Shown: positions 43,286 to 52,300, counted from the stretch's first letter. The stretch is 64,000 bases of DNA from an uncultured Actinomycetes bacterium (GCA_963809465.1 CAWEJU010000015.1:398295-462294), one strand, 5' to 3'. Made by a program: numbers and translations. The notes: generated by a model from the sequence alone, not told the origin.

Positions 43286-43783
43286 TTGGCGGTTGTGCGA
43301 GGAGGCTCTGGACAGCTTGTCCTTCGCGAGATCGAAGATCGTGATCTCGGTGTGCTGTTCGAGCACTCGAGGGATCCCGACGCTATTCGAATGGCCGCGT
43401 TCACCTCGGCGGAGCCCGATGATCGAGCCGCCTTCGAGCGCCGGTGGGCGCGGCTGAAGAGCGACACCTCCACGACGAACAGGGTCATCGAGGTCGACGA
43501 TCGCGTCGTGGGCCACATCGCGAGCTTCGATCTGGAGGGTCGGCGCGAGGTCACCTACTGGATCGGCCGCGCAGATTGGGGGCGCGGCATCGCCACACGT
43601 GCCCTCCAAGAGCTCTTGCAGCTGGACGCAACCCGTCCTCTCTACGCTCGGGCCGCGAGGGACAACGCCGCTTCGATTCGAGTGTTGACGAAGTGCGGCT
43701 TCCTTGTCGTCGGCGAGGGGCGTGGCTTCGCTCATGGCCGCAACGAGGAAGCCGATGAGGTCGTGCTCCGACTCGATGCATGA
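43286..43783 (+). CDS. GNAT family N-acetyltransferase (RimJ/RimL-like)
   Basis: YWIGRADWGRGIATRAL..AAR.DN.AS.RVL.K.GF motif A/B pattern. Confidence 0.75.
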   Translation: MAVVRGGSGQLVLREIEDRDLGVLFEHSRDPDAIRMAAFTSAEPDDRAAFERRWARLKSDTSTTNRVIEVDDRVVGHIASFDLEGRREVTYWIGRADWGRGIATRALQELLQLDATRPLYARAARDNAASIRVLTKCGFLVVGEGRGFAHGRNEEADEVVLRLDA

Positions 43784-43811
43784 CTCCGAGCACCCTGGGC
43801 TCGCCTGACGT

Positions 43812-44570
43812 CTAGCGGGTCAGCGACTCTTCGTCCTCGGCGATCGTCTCGCGAATCTTCTCGAGCGAACGCCGGATCAGCCGGGAGACGTGCATCTGCG
43901 AGATTCCGACCTGCTGGGCGATCTGCGACTGGGTCAGCCCATCGAAGAAGCGAAGCTGGAGGATCTTCCGTTCCCGCTCGTCGAGCGCCTTGAAGCCGGG
44001 CGCGAGCACGGCCCGGTCCTCGGAGACCTCGTACTGATGCTCCTCGGTGCCGAGCGACTCGAGCGGGTCGAGTTCGTCGTCGTCACCTCCCCCGCCACCG
44101 ACCGAGAGCGACAGCGACGTATAGGCGCGGCCCGACTCGAGCGCCTCGAGCACGAGCTCCTCCTCGACGCCCGCGCCCTTCGCGAGCTCGGGGATCGTCG
44201 GGGAGCGGCCGAGCTGCACGGTGAGCTGCTCGACGAGGCGGGAGAGCTGGACGTTGAGCTCCTGCAGGCCGCGCGGCACGCGCACCGACCAGCCCTTGTC
44301 GCGGAAGTGACGCTTGATCTCGCCGATGATGTTCGGCGTCGCGTAGGTCGTCAGCTCGACGCCGCGCTCGAGGTCGAAGCGGTCGATCGCCTTGATCAGC
44401 CCGATCGCGCCGATCTGGACGAGATCCTCGAGCTGCTCGCCGCGGTACGAGTAGCGCCGGGCGAGCGAGCGCACGAGCGACATGTACTGCTCGATCAGCT
44501 GCTCCCGCGCCTGAAGATCGCCGTCCTCGTGGTAGCGGCGGAGGAGAATCTTGTCGTCGATCCTCGTCAT
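43812..44570 (-). CDS. RNA polymerase sigma factor, SigB/SigF-type (group 3)
   Basis: Region 2 (DLVQIGAIGLIKAIDRFD..TYATPNIIGEIKRHFRD), region 3 and region 4 (LTQSQIAQQVGISQMHVSRL). Confidence 0.9.
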   Translation of the reverse strand: MTRIDDKILLRRYHEDGDLQAREQLIEQYMSLVRSLARRYSYRGEQLEDLVQIGAIGLIKAIDRFDLERGVELTTYATPNIIGEIKRHFRDKGWSVRVPRGLQELNVQLSRLVEQLTVQLGRSPTIPELAKGAGVEEELVLEALESGRAYTSLSLSVGGGGGDDDELDPLESLGTEEHQYEVSEDRAVLAPGFKALDERERKILQLRFFDGLTQSQIAQQVGISQMHVSRLIRRSLEKIRETIAEDEESLTR

Positions 44571-44950
44571 GCGGCCGCTCCGGCGCTGGCGACCCTCTTG
44601 CTCAGCTCGACCCAGGAACCGTCCTCGCGCTCCTCGATCTCGTGCGTGTCGCAGACGGTGTCGAGGACGCGACGAAGATCGAGGCCGCTCTCGGCGTCTT
44701 CGTCGTGCAATGTCTCCGGCCCGAAGGGGCCGAGCGAGGCGTGCAGCACACCGTCGTCGACGGCGAGGGAAAGAACGAGATCGCCCGCGTCGTCGCGCAG
44801 CCCGAGCACCGCCTCGAGCCCAACCTGCAGATCCTCGAGGTCGTCGTAGGTCACGTCGAGGCGCATGGCGAGGCCGCCGGTGACGAGGTGCGCGATCGGC
44901 CTGAAGTCCTCTTCTGCCGGGATCACGAGCCGAATCTCTTCCGTCGTCAC
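44567..44950 (-). CDS. RsbW/SpoIIAB-like anti-sigma factor homologue with degenerate ATPase motifs
   Basis: 127 aa. ATGA overlap with the sigma gene. The overall pattern IRLVIPAEEDF..DLQVGLEAV..V.D.G resembles HATPase anti-sigma kinases, but the N-box Asn/His and the G-box are absent. Confidence 0.5.
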   Translation of the reverse strand: MTTEEIRLVIPAEEDFRPIAHLVTGGLAMRLDVTYDDLEDLQVGLEAVLGLRDDAGDLVLSLAVDDGVLHASLGPFGPETLHDEDAESGLDLRRVLDTVCDTHEIEEREDGSWVELSKRVASAGAAA

Positions 44951-45081
44951 GTCCCGCTCCAGCGCTTGTCCAGCTGCCCATTCACGCGGTCCACACTGCC
45001 TCCGACCTTTCCGATCACCGGGAGGAGAGAGCCCTCCGTCCCTCGGATGAACGTCGAAAGCCTGCCGACGGTTCCGGCCAT
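44947..45081 (-). CDS. 44-aa ORF coupled to the anti-sigma homologue
   Basis: Starts at ATG 45081, and its TGA overlaps the downstream GTG (GTGA). Protein-like composition MAGTVGRLSTFIRGTEGSLLPVIGKVGGSVDRVNGQLDKRWSGT. Confidence 0.35.
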   Translation of the reverse strand: MAGTVGRLSTFIRGTEGSLLPVIGKVGGSVDRVNGQLDKRWSGT

Positions 45082-45104
45082 GCAGACAGCATCTCGCTGC
45101 GATC

Positions 45105-46358
45105 TTAGTCCGCTGCCGTGATCAGGCCGTATCCGACGACGGAATCTCCGTCGTAGAGCACCGCCGCCTGGCCGGGAGCGACGCCGTAAGCGGGCTCGTC
45201 GAGCTCGAGACGGAAGCCGCCCGGAGTCCCTTCCACGCGCGCCTTCGTCGCCGGAGACCTGTAGCGGAGCTTCGCATCGACGTGCTCTGCGTCGGCGTAG
45301 AGGCGACCGCGCGCCTCGACCTTCGTTCGCGCGAGCGAGGCCCGCGGGCCGACGACGACCGTGTTCGCGGACGGACGGGCGCCGACGACGTACAGCGGCT
45401 CCGGCGCGACGAGCCCGAGCCCGCGGCGCTGCCCTGGAGTGAAGCGCCAGTAGCCGTCGTGGCGGCCGAGCTCCGTCCCCTGCTCGTCGACGATTGCACC
45501 CTCCTTCGGCTCGAGGCCGTGACGCCCGAGGAACTGCCGGTAGTCGTCGCCCGCGAGGAAGCAGGCCTCCTGGCTCTCGGGCCGGCGTGCCGCGGCGAGG
45601 CCCGCGCGCTCGGCCTCGGCGCGTGTCTCGTCCTTGTCCTGCTCGCCGAGCGGGAATGAGACCTGCTCGAGGTGACGCGGGTCGAGCGAAGCGAGCATGT
45701 AGCTCTGGTCCTTTCGCGCGTCCACCCCGCGCGCGAGGAGCGGGACGCTGCGGTACGGGAGGACACGGGCGTAGTGGCCGGTGACGAGACGCTCGCACCC
45801 GGCCCGGCGGGCGAAGGCGAGCAGCTCGGCGAAACGGAAGCTCCCGTTGCAGCGCGTGCAGGGATTCGGGGTCTCGCCGCGCGCGTAGCCGCGCACGAAC
45901 GGCGCGACGACCGCGCGCCGGAACTCCTCGCGCAGGTCGAGCGTCACGTGCGGTACGCCGAGCCGGTGGCAGGTCTCGCGCGCGGCGATCACGCTCTCGG
46001 GAGAGCAGCACGCACGGTCGGAATCCGGCCCGTCCGGGTCGAGCCAGAGGCGCAGCGTCACCCCCACGGCGTTCGGGAGGGAGCGGAGCAGTGCGACCGC
46101 GCTGTCCACCCCGCCGCTCATGGCCACGGCCGCGCGGCCCGGCGACGGCGCCGCCCGGAAGACCGGACCGAGCGCGTTCGCGAGCGCGTCCACCGCGAGC
46201 GTCTCGCCGCCGACAGCTGCCGCCTCGAGCAACGTCGAGCCCGCGAGGTCGCGCTCCAGCCCCGGCGCGTCCGCCTCGACGATCCGATCGCCGTCGACCT
46301 GGAGGCGGACCGAAGCCCACTCCCCTCCGCGCGTCGAGTCTCCGAAGACCTCCGGCAT
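45105..46358 (-). CDS. mnmA: tRNA 2-thiouridine(34) synthase MnmA with ~75-aa N-terminal extension
   Basis: PP-loop AMSGGVDSAV, CCS, and NPC..CN motifs. The extra N-terminal segment precedes the PP-loop. Confidence 0.9.
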   Translation of the reverse strand: MPEVFGDSTRGGEWASVRLQVDGDRIVEADAPGLERDLAGSTLLEAAAVGGETLAVDALANALGPVFRAAPSPGRAAVAMSGGVDSAVALLRSLPNAVGVTLRLWLDPDGPDSDRACCSPESVIAARETCHRLGVPHVTLDLREEFRRAVVAPFVRGYARGETPNPCTRCNGSFRFAELLAFARRAGCERLVTGHYARVLPYRSVPLLARGVDARKDQSYMLASLDPRHLEQVSFPLGEQDKDETRAEAERAGLAAARRPESQEACFLAGDDYRQFLGRHGLEPKEGAIVDEQGTELGRHDGYWRFTPGQRRGLGLVAPEPLYVVGARPSANTVVVGPRASLARTKVEARGRLYADAEHVDAKLRYRSPATKARVEGTPGGFRLELDEPAYGVAPGQAAVLYDGDSVVGYGLITAAD

Positions 46359-46364
46359 GTCGTC

Positions 46365-46370
46365 ACCGTA
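46365..46370 (-). promoter_or_regulatory. -10-like TACGGT, 6 nt before the mnmA ATG (leaderless)
   Basis: Minus strand reads TACGGT-gacgac-ATG. Confidence 0.4.
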
Positions 46371-46553
46371 GACGAGAGAGAAGCTCGACCCCAGCCTCCG
46401 AACCGAACCATGTGATCCTGGTTTCCCAGGTGGGTGCCGTGCCCTTCGTCGGCAAAGCCTCGGTCGGGACGCCGGCTCCCTTTCACGTAGCGTTGGATCT
46501 ACATGAGTGCCCGGCTCGGCGCACGGGGTCGAGCACGGGGACTGTAGCGGCGC

Positions 46554-48296
46554 CTACTCGGGCTCGGGGTCGAGCAACCGAATGCCGAGCTCGCGCAGGT
46601 GGCCGGCCTCGGCGTCGCTCGGCGCGCCCGTCATGGGGTCGACGCCTGCCTGGTTCTTGGGGAACGCGATCGTGTCTCGCAGGTTCGGCTCGCTCGCGAG
46701 CACCATCAGCGTCCGGTCGACGCCCCACGCGATCCCGCCGTGCGGCGGAGCGCCCATCGCGAGCGCGTCGAGTAGGAAGCCGAACTTCGCGCGCTGCTCC
46801 TCGGCGCTGATCCCGAGCAGGTCGAAGACGCGCGCCTGAATCTCGGGCTCGTGGATCCGGAAGGAGCCACCGGCGAGCTCGTTCCCGTTCCCGATGAGGT
46901 CGTAGGCGAACGCGCGCGCGTTGGCCGGATCCTCGTCGAAGCGCTCCTCCCACTCCGGGTTCGGCCGCGTGAAGGGATGGTGGACGGCCGTCCAGCGCTC
47001 CTCGGTCTCCGACCACTCGAACATCGGGAAGTCAGTGATCCAGAGCCATTCGAATGCTTCCTCGTCGATCAGCCCGAGCAGCTCGGCCAGATGGATGCGC
47101 AACGCCCCCAGCACGCGGGACGTCATCGGCCACGCGTCGGCGGCGAAGAGCAGCGTCTCGCCCGGCTTGCCGCCGAGCGCGGCGAGCGTCTCCTCCGACA
47201 GGAACTTGACGATCGGCGAGCGCACCTCTCCCGACTCGTCGTAGACGATGTAGGCGAGCCCCTTCGCCCCCCACTCCTTCGCGAACTCCTCGAGCTGCGC
47301 GAGCTCCGCCCGCGAGAAGACGCGCGGCGCCCGGAGGAAGCGAACGGCCTCGGCCGACGCGAAGACGCCGAACTCCGAGCCGCGCGTCGCCTCTGTCGCG
47401 TCCTCGATCTCGAGCTCGTAGCGGAGGTCGGGCTTGTCACTCCCGAAGCGGCGGTCGGCCTCGTCCCATGTCAGGCGCGGGAACGGCGTCACGAGGTCGA
47501 CGCCGAGGCATTCGCGCCAGATCGCCTGCACCAGCAGCTCGGTCAGCCCGATCAGGAGCTCGTAGTCGGGGAACGCCATCTCCACGTCGAGCTGCGTGAT
47601 CTCCTGCACGCGGTCGGCGCGGAGGTCCTCGTCGCGGAAGCAGATGGCGACCTGGTAGTAGCGCTCGAAGCCCGCGATCACGAGCAGCTGCTTCGCGATC
47701 TGCGGCGACTGCGGCAGCGCGTAGAAGTGGCCGGGCTGCAGGCGCGCCGGCACGAGGAAGTCGCGTGCGCCTTCGGGCGTGGGCTTCCAGAGGACAGGCG
47801 TCTGGATGTCGACGAAGCCCGCGTCCTCCATCGTGCGCCGCATGATCCCGACCATCTGGCCGCGCAGCCTGATGTTTCGCTGCAGCCGCTCCCGGCGCAG
47901 GTCGAGCCAGCGGTACCGGAGGCGAAGCGTCTCGTCGACGTTCTCCTCGTCGAGCTGGAATGGGAGCGGCGTCGAGCGCGAGAGGATCCGCAGCTCGTCG
48001 ACCTGCACCTCGACCTGGCCGGTCGGCAGGTTCGGGTTGACGAGCTCGGGCGCGCGGGCCACGACCTCGCCCGTCGCCTGAAGGACGAACTCGTTGCGGA
48101 TCTCATGCGCGATCTCGGCCGACTCGGGCGAGCGCTCGGGATTGACGACGAGCTGCACCTTGCCGGCGTAGTCGCGGAGGTCGACGAAGACGAGCCCACC
48201 GTGGTCGCGGCGCGTGTCGACCCAGCCGGCGACCGTGACTTTGCGGCCGGCGTCGTCCGCCCGCAGCTCGCCGCACATCGCGTCGCGCCAGGCCAC
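46554..48296 (-). CDS. aspS: aspartate--tRNA ligase
   Basis: CGELR..V.V.GWV..RRDHGGLVFVDLRD N-terminus and class II motifs (FRDEDLRADR, GGSFRIH). GTG 48296 is preferred as the start, with ATG 48278 as the alternative. Confidence 0.95.
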   Translation of the reverse strand: MAWRDAMCGELRADDAGRKVTVAGWVDTRRDHGGLVFVDLRDYAGKVQLVVNPERSPESAEIAHEIRNEFVLQATGEVVARAPELVNPNLPTGQVEVQVDELRILSRSTPLPFQLDEENVDETLRLRYRWLDLRRERLQRNIRLRGQMVGIMRRTMEDAGFVDIQTPVLWKPTPEGARDFLVPARLQPGHFYALPQSPQIAKQLLVIAGFERYYQVAICFRDEDLRADRVQEITQLDVEMAFPDYELLIGLTELLVQAIWRECLGVDLVTPFPRLTWDEADRRFGSDKPDLRYELEIEDATEATRGSEFGVFASAEAVRFLRAPRVFSRAELAQLEEFAKEWGAKGLAYIVYDESGEVRSPIVKFLSEETLAALGGKPGETLLFAADAWPMTSRVLGALRIHLAELLGLIDEEAFEWLWITDFPMFEWSETEERWTAVHHPFTRPNPEWEERFDEDPANARAFAYDLIGNGNELAGGSFRIHEPEIQARVFDLLGISAEEQRAKFGFLLDALAMGAPPHGGIAWGVDRTLMVLASEPNLRDTIAFPKNQAGVDPMTGAPSDAEAGHLRELGIRLLDPEPE

Positions 48297-48366
48297 TATT
48301 CCCCGCTCCGGCGCCGGCAAAGCCGGCACCTGCGCTCCTGGTTGAGCTCCGTCGAGCCTACGCTCA
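48297..48366 (-). repeat. copy 2 of the ~70-nt two-hairpin intergenic element
   Basis: Fills the whole hisS-aspS spacer. The hisS TGA lies in the 5' arm of stem 1. The element ends 13 nt before GTG 48296. Confidence 0.85.
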
Positions 48367-49584
48367 TAGCTCCGAGAGGCTGTGCACGACACGGTCTTCC
48401 TGACCGCGGCGGCGCACCTCGTACGTCCCGTCACTGCGGGCCACGACCACCGTCTCCGCACCGAGCCGTTGCGCCTGCGTGAGCTGCCCCTTCATCGAGC
48501 GGCCAGCGTAGTCGGTGTCGACCGAGCGCCCTTCCGCCCGCCATTTTGCGATCGTGGGCAGGAGCTGCGAGCGCAGCTCCGGCTCCTCGAAGGCGACGAA
48601 GAGGTCGAGCCGAGGCGGCTCCGCGGTCGCGTTCTCCCGCTCCATCGCGAGCACGAGCCGCTCGAGCCCGGCGCCGAAGCCGACGCCCGGGGTCGCCGGT
48701 CCGCCGACCGCCTCGACGAGACCGTCGTAGCGGCCTCCGCCGACGATCGAGGAGTTGACGTTCTCCATCGGCCCGATGAACTCGAACGTCGTCCGCGTGT
48801 AGTAGTCGAGGCCACGCACGAGCGTCGGATCGAGCACGTACGGGACGCCGTAGGCGTCGAGGTAGGCCTTGACGGCGTCGAAGTGCTCCCGGCACTCGTC
48901 GCAGAGCGACTCCCCGATCTTCGGCGCCTCGGCGAGCGCCGCCAGGAGCCGCTCGTTCTTGACGTCGAAGACCTGGAGGACGCTCGTGGCGCGCTTGTGC
49001 GCGACCTCCTCGTCGACCAGCTCGGGGTGCGCGTCCAGCCATTCGTTCAGCCGCGCGACGTACCGCGGACGGCAGTTCGCGTCGCCGATCGAGTTAAGCC
49101 GGAGCTCCCACTCGGTCACGCCGAGCCGGCGCAGAAGCTCCGCGTAGAACTGGATCACCTCGGCGTCGACGGCGGGATCCGCCGACCCGATCGCCTCGAG
49201 CGACAGCTGCCAGTGCTCGCGATACCGCCCGCGGCCGGGGCGCGAGTACCGGTACATCGGTGCGATCGCGTACGCCTTGACCGGCTGGGGCTCCTGTGCG
49301 AGGCCATGCTCGACGTACGCGCGGGCGATCGGTGCCGTCCCCTCGGGCCGCAGCGTGAGCGAGCGGCCGTTCCGGTCCTCGAACGTGTACATCTCCTTGT
49401 GCACGACGTCGGACGCCTCGCCCGACGTGCGCTCGAAGAGCGCTGTCTCCTCGAAGCCGGGCGTGGAGACACGCGACCAGCCGTACTGACCGCACTGCTG
49501 CTCGATCGTGCGGATCACGCGCCACCACAGGTGGTCGCGCGGCAGGACGTCATGCGTCCCGCGCGGCGCCTGGAACTTGCTCAT
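48364..49584 (-). CDS. hisS: histidine--tRNA ligase
   Basis: APRGTHDVLP..MYTFEDRNGRSLTLRPEGTAP..YRYSRPGRGRYREHWQ motifs. ATGA overlap with the upstream gene. Confidence 0.95.
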   Translation of the reverse strand: MSKFQAPRGTHDVLPRDHLWWRVIRTIEQQCGQYGWSRVSTPGFEETALFERTSGEASDVVHKEMYTFEDRNGRSLTLRPEGTAPIARAYVEHGLAQEPQPVKAYAIAPMYRYSRPGRGRYREHWQLSLEAIGSADPAVDAEVIQFYAELLRRLGVTEWELRLNSIGDANCRPRYVARLNEWLDAHPELVDEEVAHKRATSVLQVFDVKNERLLAALAEAPKIGESLCDECREHFDAVKAYLDAYGVPYVLDPTLVRGLDYYTRTTFEFIGPMENVNSSIVGGGRYDGLVEAVGGPATPGVGFGAGLERLVLAMERENATAEPPRLDLFVAFEEPELRSQLLPTIAKWRAEGRSVDTDYAGRSMKGQLTQAQRLGAETVVVARSDGTYEVRRRGQEDRVVHSLSEL

Positions 49585-50222
49585 GCTTGCGAGCGCAGCT
49601 CTGCGAGGAACGGATTGCGCGCGAGCTCGACGCCGAGCGTCGTCTCGTGGCCGTGGCCCGGGTGGATGACCGTCTCCGGCGGCAGCCGCTCGGCGAGCAT
49701 CCGCACCGAGGCGAGGAGCGTGTCCCAGTCGGAGCCGGGCAGGTCGACGCGACCGACCGAGCCGGCGAAGAGCAGGTCGCCGCTGAAGAGCTCGCCTTGG
49801 GCGTGGAAGGCGACGTGAGCCGGCGAGTGGCCGGGGACCGCGAGGCACTCGAAGGAGATTCCCGCGACGTCGATCGTCTCGCCGCCGCTCAACAGGTGCT
49901 CCGGAGCGTGCGGGCGTCCCGGGACGCCGGCCGGTGCGAACTCCGGATAGCGCTCGAGCCGCTCCCGCTCCCCTTCCGGCATCCAGACCTCGGCGCCGGT
50001 TCCCTCGGCCAGATCGGCGACGCCACCGAGGTGGTCGAAGTGCCCGTGTGTGATGAGGATCCCTGCGCAGGCGGTGCCGAGCCGAGCGAGCTCGAGGCGG
50101 AGGTCCGCGGCATCCCCACCCGGGTCGATGACGGCACACTCGGACGCGCTGCGGTCGGTCCGGACGACGTAGCAGTTCGTCTGGAGTGGCCCGAGCTCGT
50201 ATCTGTTGACCGCGAGCGGCAT
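49581..50222 (-). CDS. MBL-fold metallo-hydrolase (glyoxalase II-like)
   Basis: ITHGHFDHLGG and PGHSPAH motifs. Confidence 0.85.
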   Translation of the reverse strand: MPLAVNRYELGPLQTNCYVVRTDRSASECAVIDPGGDAADLRLELARLGTACAGILITHGHFDHLGGVADLAEGTGAEVWMPEGERERLERYPEFAPAGVPGRPHAPEHLLSGGETIDVAGISFECLAVPGHSPAHVAFHAQGELFSGDLLFAGSVGRVDLPGSDWDTLLASVRMLAERLPPETVIHPGHGHETTLGVELARNPFLAELRSQA

Positions 50223-50229
50223 GGCGGCG

Positions 50230-50235
50230 AGTCTA
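50230..50235 (-). promoter_or_regulatory. -10-like TAGACT, 7 nt before the MBL-hydrolase ATG (leaderless)
   Basis: Minus strand reads TAGACT-cgccgcc-ATG. Confidence 0.45.
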
Positions 50236-50281
50236 GTGCAGGGCTGGTTAGCCGCCCGTCGGGTGCGGGAAGGGCTGGTTC

Positions 50282-50644
50282 GTGCGCCATTGGAGGCTTC
50301 CCGAGGTCGAGATGCCGCACGGCACGCGGTCGCCTGTCGTCCTGCACTCGAGAGAGGGAGCCGAGCGAGCCGTCCTCATCTCGCTGCAGGCCGGGGAGTC
50401 GCTCGGCGACCACGGTGTGAAGGAGTCCGCGCTCCTTCTCGTGCTCGACGGGGCGGTGCGCGTCGAGGCCGCCGGCGAGTCGGTCGAGGCGGACGCCGGG
50501 ACTCTCTTTCACTTCGACCCGGATGAGCGGCGCTCCGTCACGAGCGGCGGGGGCGCTCGTCTTCTGTTGCTACTCGCGCCGTGGCCCGGCGAGGGCCACT
50601 ACCGGGGCGAGCGGCCGGCGCAGTCCGGCGTCAGCGTTTCCTAG
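50282..50644 (+). CDS. small cupin domain protein
   Basis: Cupin beta-barrel pattern (G.SLGDH..ALLLVLDGAVRV). ATG 50312 with a GAGG SD is an alternative start. Confidence 0.55.
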   Translation: MRHWRLPEVEMPHGTRSPVVLHSREGAERAVLISLQAGESLGDHGVKESALLLVLDGAVRVEAAGESVEADAGTLFHFDPDERRSVTSGGGARLLLLLAPWPGEGHYRGERPAQSGVSVS

Positions 50645-51077
50645 GCGCCTTCTGCTGCTCGGCGCGCCGCTGCCAGCGGTTGTGCGAGAACCGGTCGAGC
50701 ATGTACGTGAAGGGGATGAAGAGAAGGGTGTAGACCCCGGCGAGCGCGAGCGCGGTGACGAGGCTGTGGTTGCCGTTCTTCGAGCCGAGGATGTAGAAGA
50801 GGGCAAAGATCACGGCCCCGAGGATCACCGAGCGCTTTGCAGCCCGCTGCCAGGACGGCGGCGGCGGGACTTTCACCGGACGTCCGCCGCGCTGCTGCGG
50901 CGCCCTCGCTTTCGGCTTGGCTCCGTCGCGCTTCGCTCCGTCGGTCTTCGCGGGGGCCGGCGCGGCGAGCTCCTCCGGCGCCTCGTCGAGCTCGTTCCCT
51001 TCGGCGTCGACCCAGACGGTCTCGTACTCGTGACGGCGTCCCTTCTCCGCACGACGCCGCTGCTTCCTCGTGGGCAT
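50631..51077 (-). CDS. hypothetical membrane protein with basic, proline-rich N-terminal half
   Basis: 148 aa with two C-terminal TM segments (VILGAVIFALFYILG, LVTALALAGVYTLLFIPF). Confidence 0.6.
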   Translation of the reverse strand: MPTRKQRRRAEKGRRHEYETVWVDAEGNELDEAPEELAAPAPAKTDGAKRDGAKPKARAPQQRGGRPVKVPPPPSWQRAAKRSVILGAVIFALFYILGSKNGNHSLVTALALAGVYTLLFIPFTYMLDRFSHNRWQRRAEQQKAPRKR

Positions 51078-51083
51078 GGAGGG

Positions 51084-52300
51084 CTAGCGTAGCTCTCCCC
51101 CGACGACCACTTTGGCGACGACGCGGCCGCCGAGGTGGTACGCGAGGTAGCGCCAGTCGGGCGCGTCGAGGAGCGCGACGTCGGCGCGGTAGCCGGGCGC
51201 GAGACGGCCGATCCGGTCGCCGCGCCGAAGCACGTGGGCGGCGTTGACCGTGCAGGCGGCGAGTGCCTCCGCGGGTGACAGGTGGAGCTGCGTCGCCGCG
51301 AGCGAGCAGACGAGCGGGAGGCTTTCGCAGAACGCGCTGCCCGGGTTGAAGTCGGTCGCGAGCGCGACGGCGACACCGGCGTCCACGAGCCTCCGGGCGG
51401 GCGGCATCGGCCGGTCGAGAAAGAGCGCGCTCGCAGGCAGGAGCACCCCCGTGACGTCGCTCGAGGCGAGCGTCCGGATCCCCTCCTCGCCCGTCGTCTC
51501 CAGATGGTCGACCGAGCGGGCCGCGAGCTCGACGGCGAGCGGGATCGCACCCGACTCGGTGAACTGGTCTCCGTGGATCCGCAACGCGAGGCCGGCAGCC
51601 CGGGACGCTTCGAGGTAGCGCCGCGCCTGGGCGGCGTCGAAGGCGCCGCGCTCGAGGAACACGTCGGCCGCCTCCGCAAGCCGGGCCGCCTCGGGCAGCA
51701 CTTCGGCGAGCGCGAAGTCGAGGTAGGCGTCGGCGTCGGGGAACTCCGGAGGCACCGCGTGGGCGCCGAGCCACGTCGGGACACCGCCCGCGGCCGCGAT
51801 CGCGCGAAGTGACGCGAGCTCCGTCTCGCGGTCGAGCCCGTAGCCGGACTTCGCCTCGAACGTCGTCGTGCCCTCGCGGAGCATCCACGAGCTATGCAGC
51901 TCGACCGCCGCCCGCAGGCCCTCCTCGCCGGCAGCCCGCGTCGCGCGGACGGTGGAGAGGATGCCGCCACCCGCGGCGTGCAGCTCCTCGTAGCTCGCAC
52001 TTCCTGCACGAAGCGAGAACTCGTCGACGCGATCGCCGCCGAAGGCGGAGTGCGTGTGACAGTCGACGAGGCCGGGGATGGCGCACAGCCCGCGCCCGTC
52101 CGCCTCGACGACCTCGCCGTCGAGAGCCGGGAGGTCGCGCATCCGCCCGACGGAGTCGATCGTCTCGCCGTCGCAGAGGACGAACGCGTCTTCGAGCACC
52201 CCGACGTCGCCGAGCGCCGAGCCGCGGAGCGGAGCGCCGGTTCCCGCAGGCGTCGCAAGCTGCGCGAGGTCCCGAAGGAGCAGGCGCGTGCGAGCCTGCG

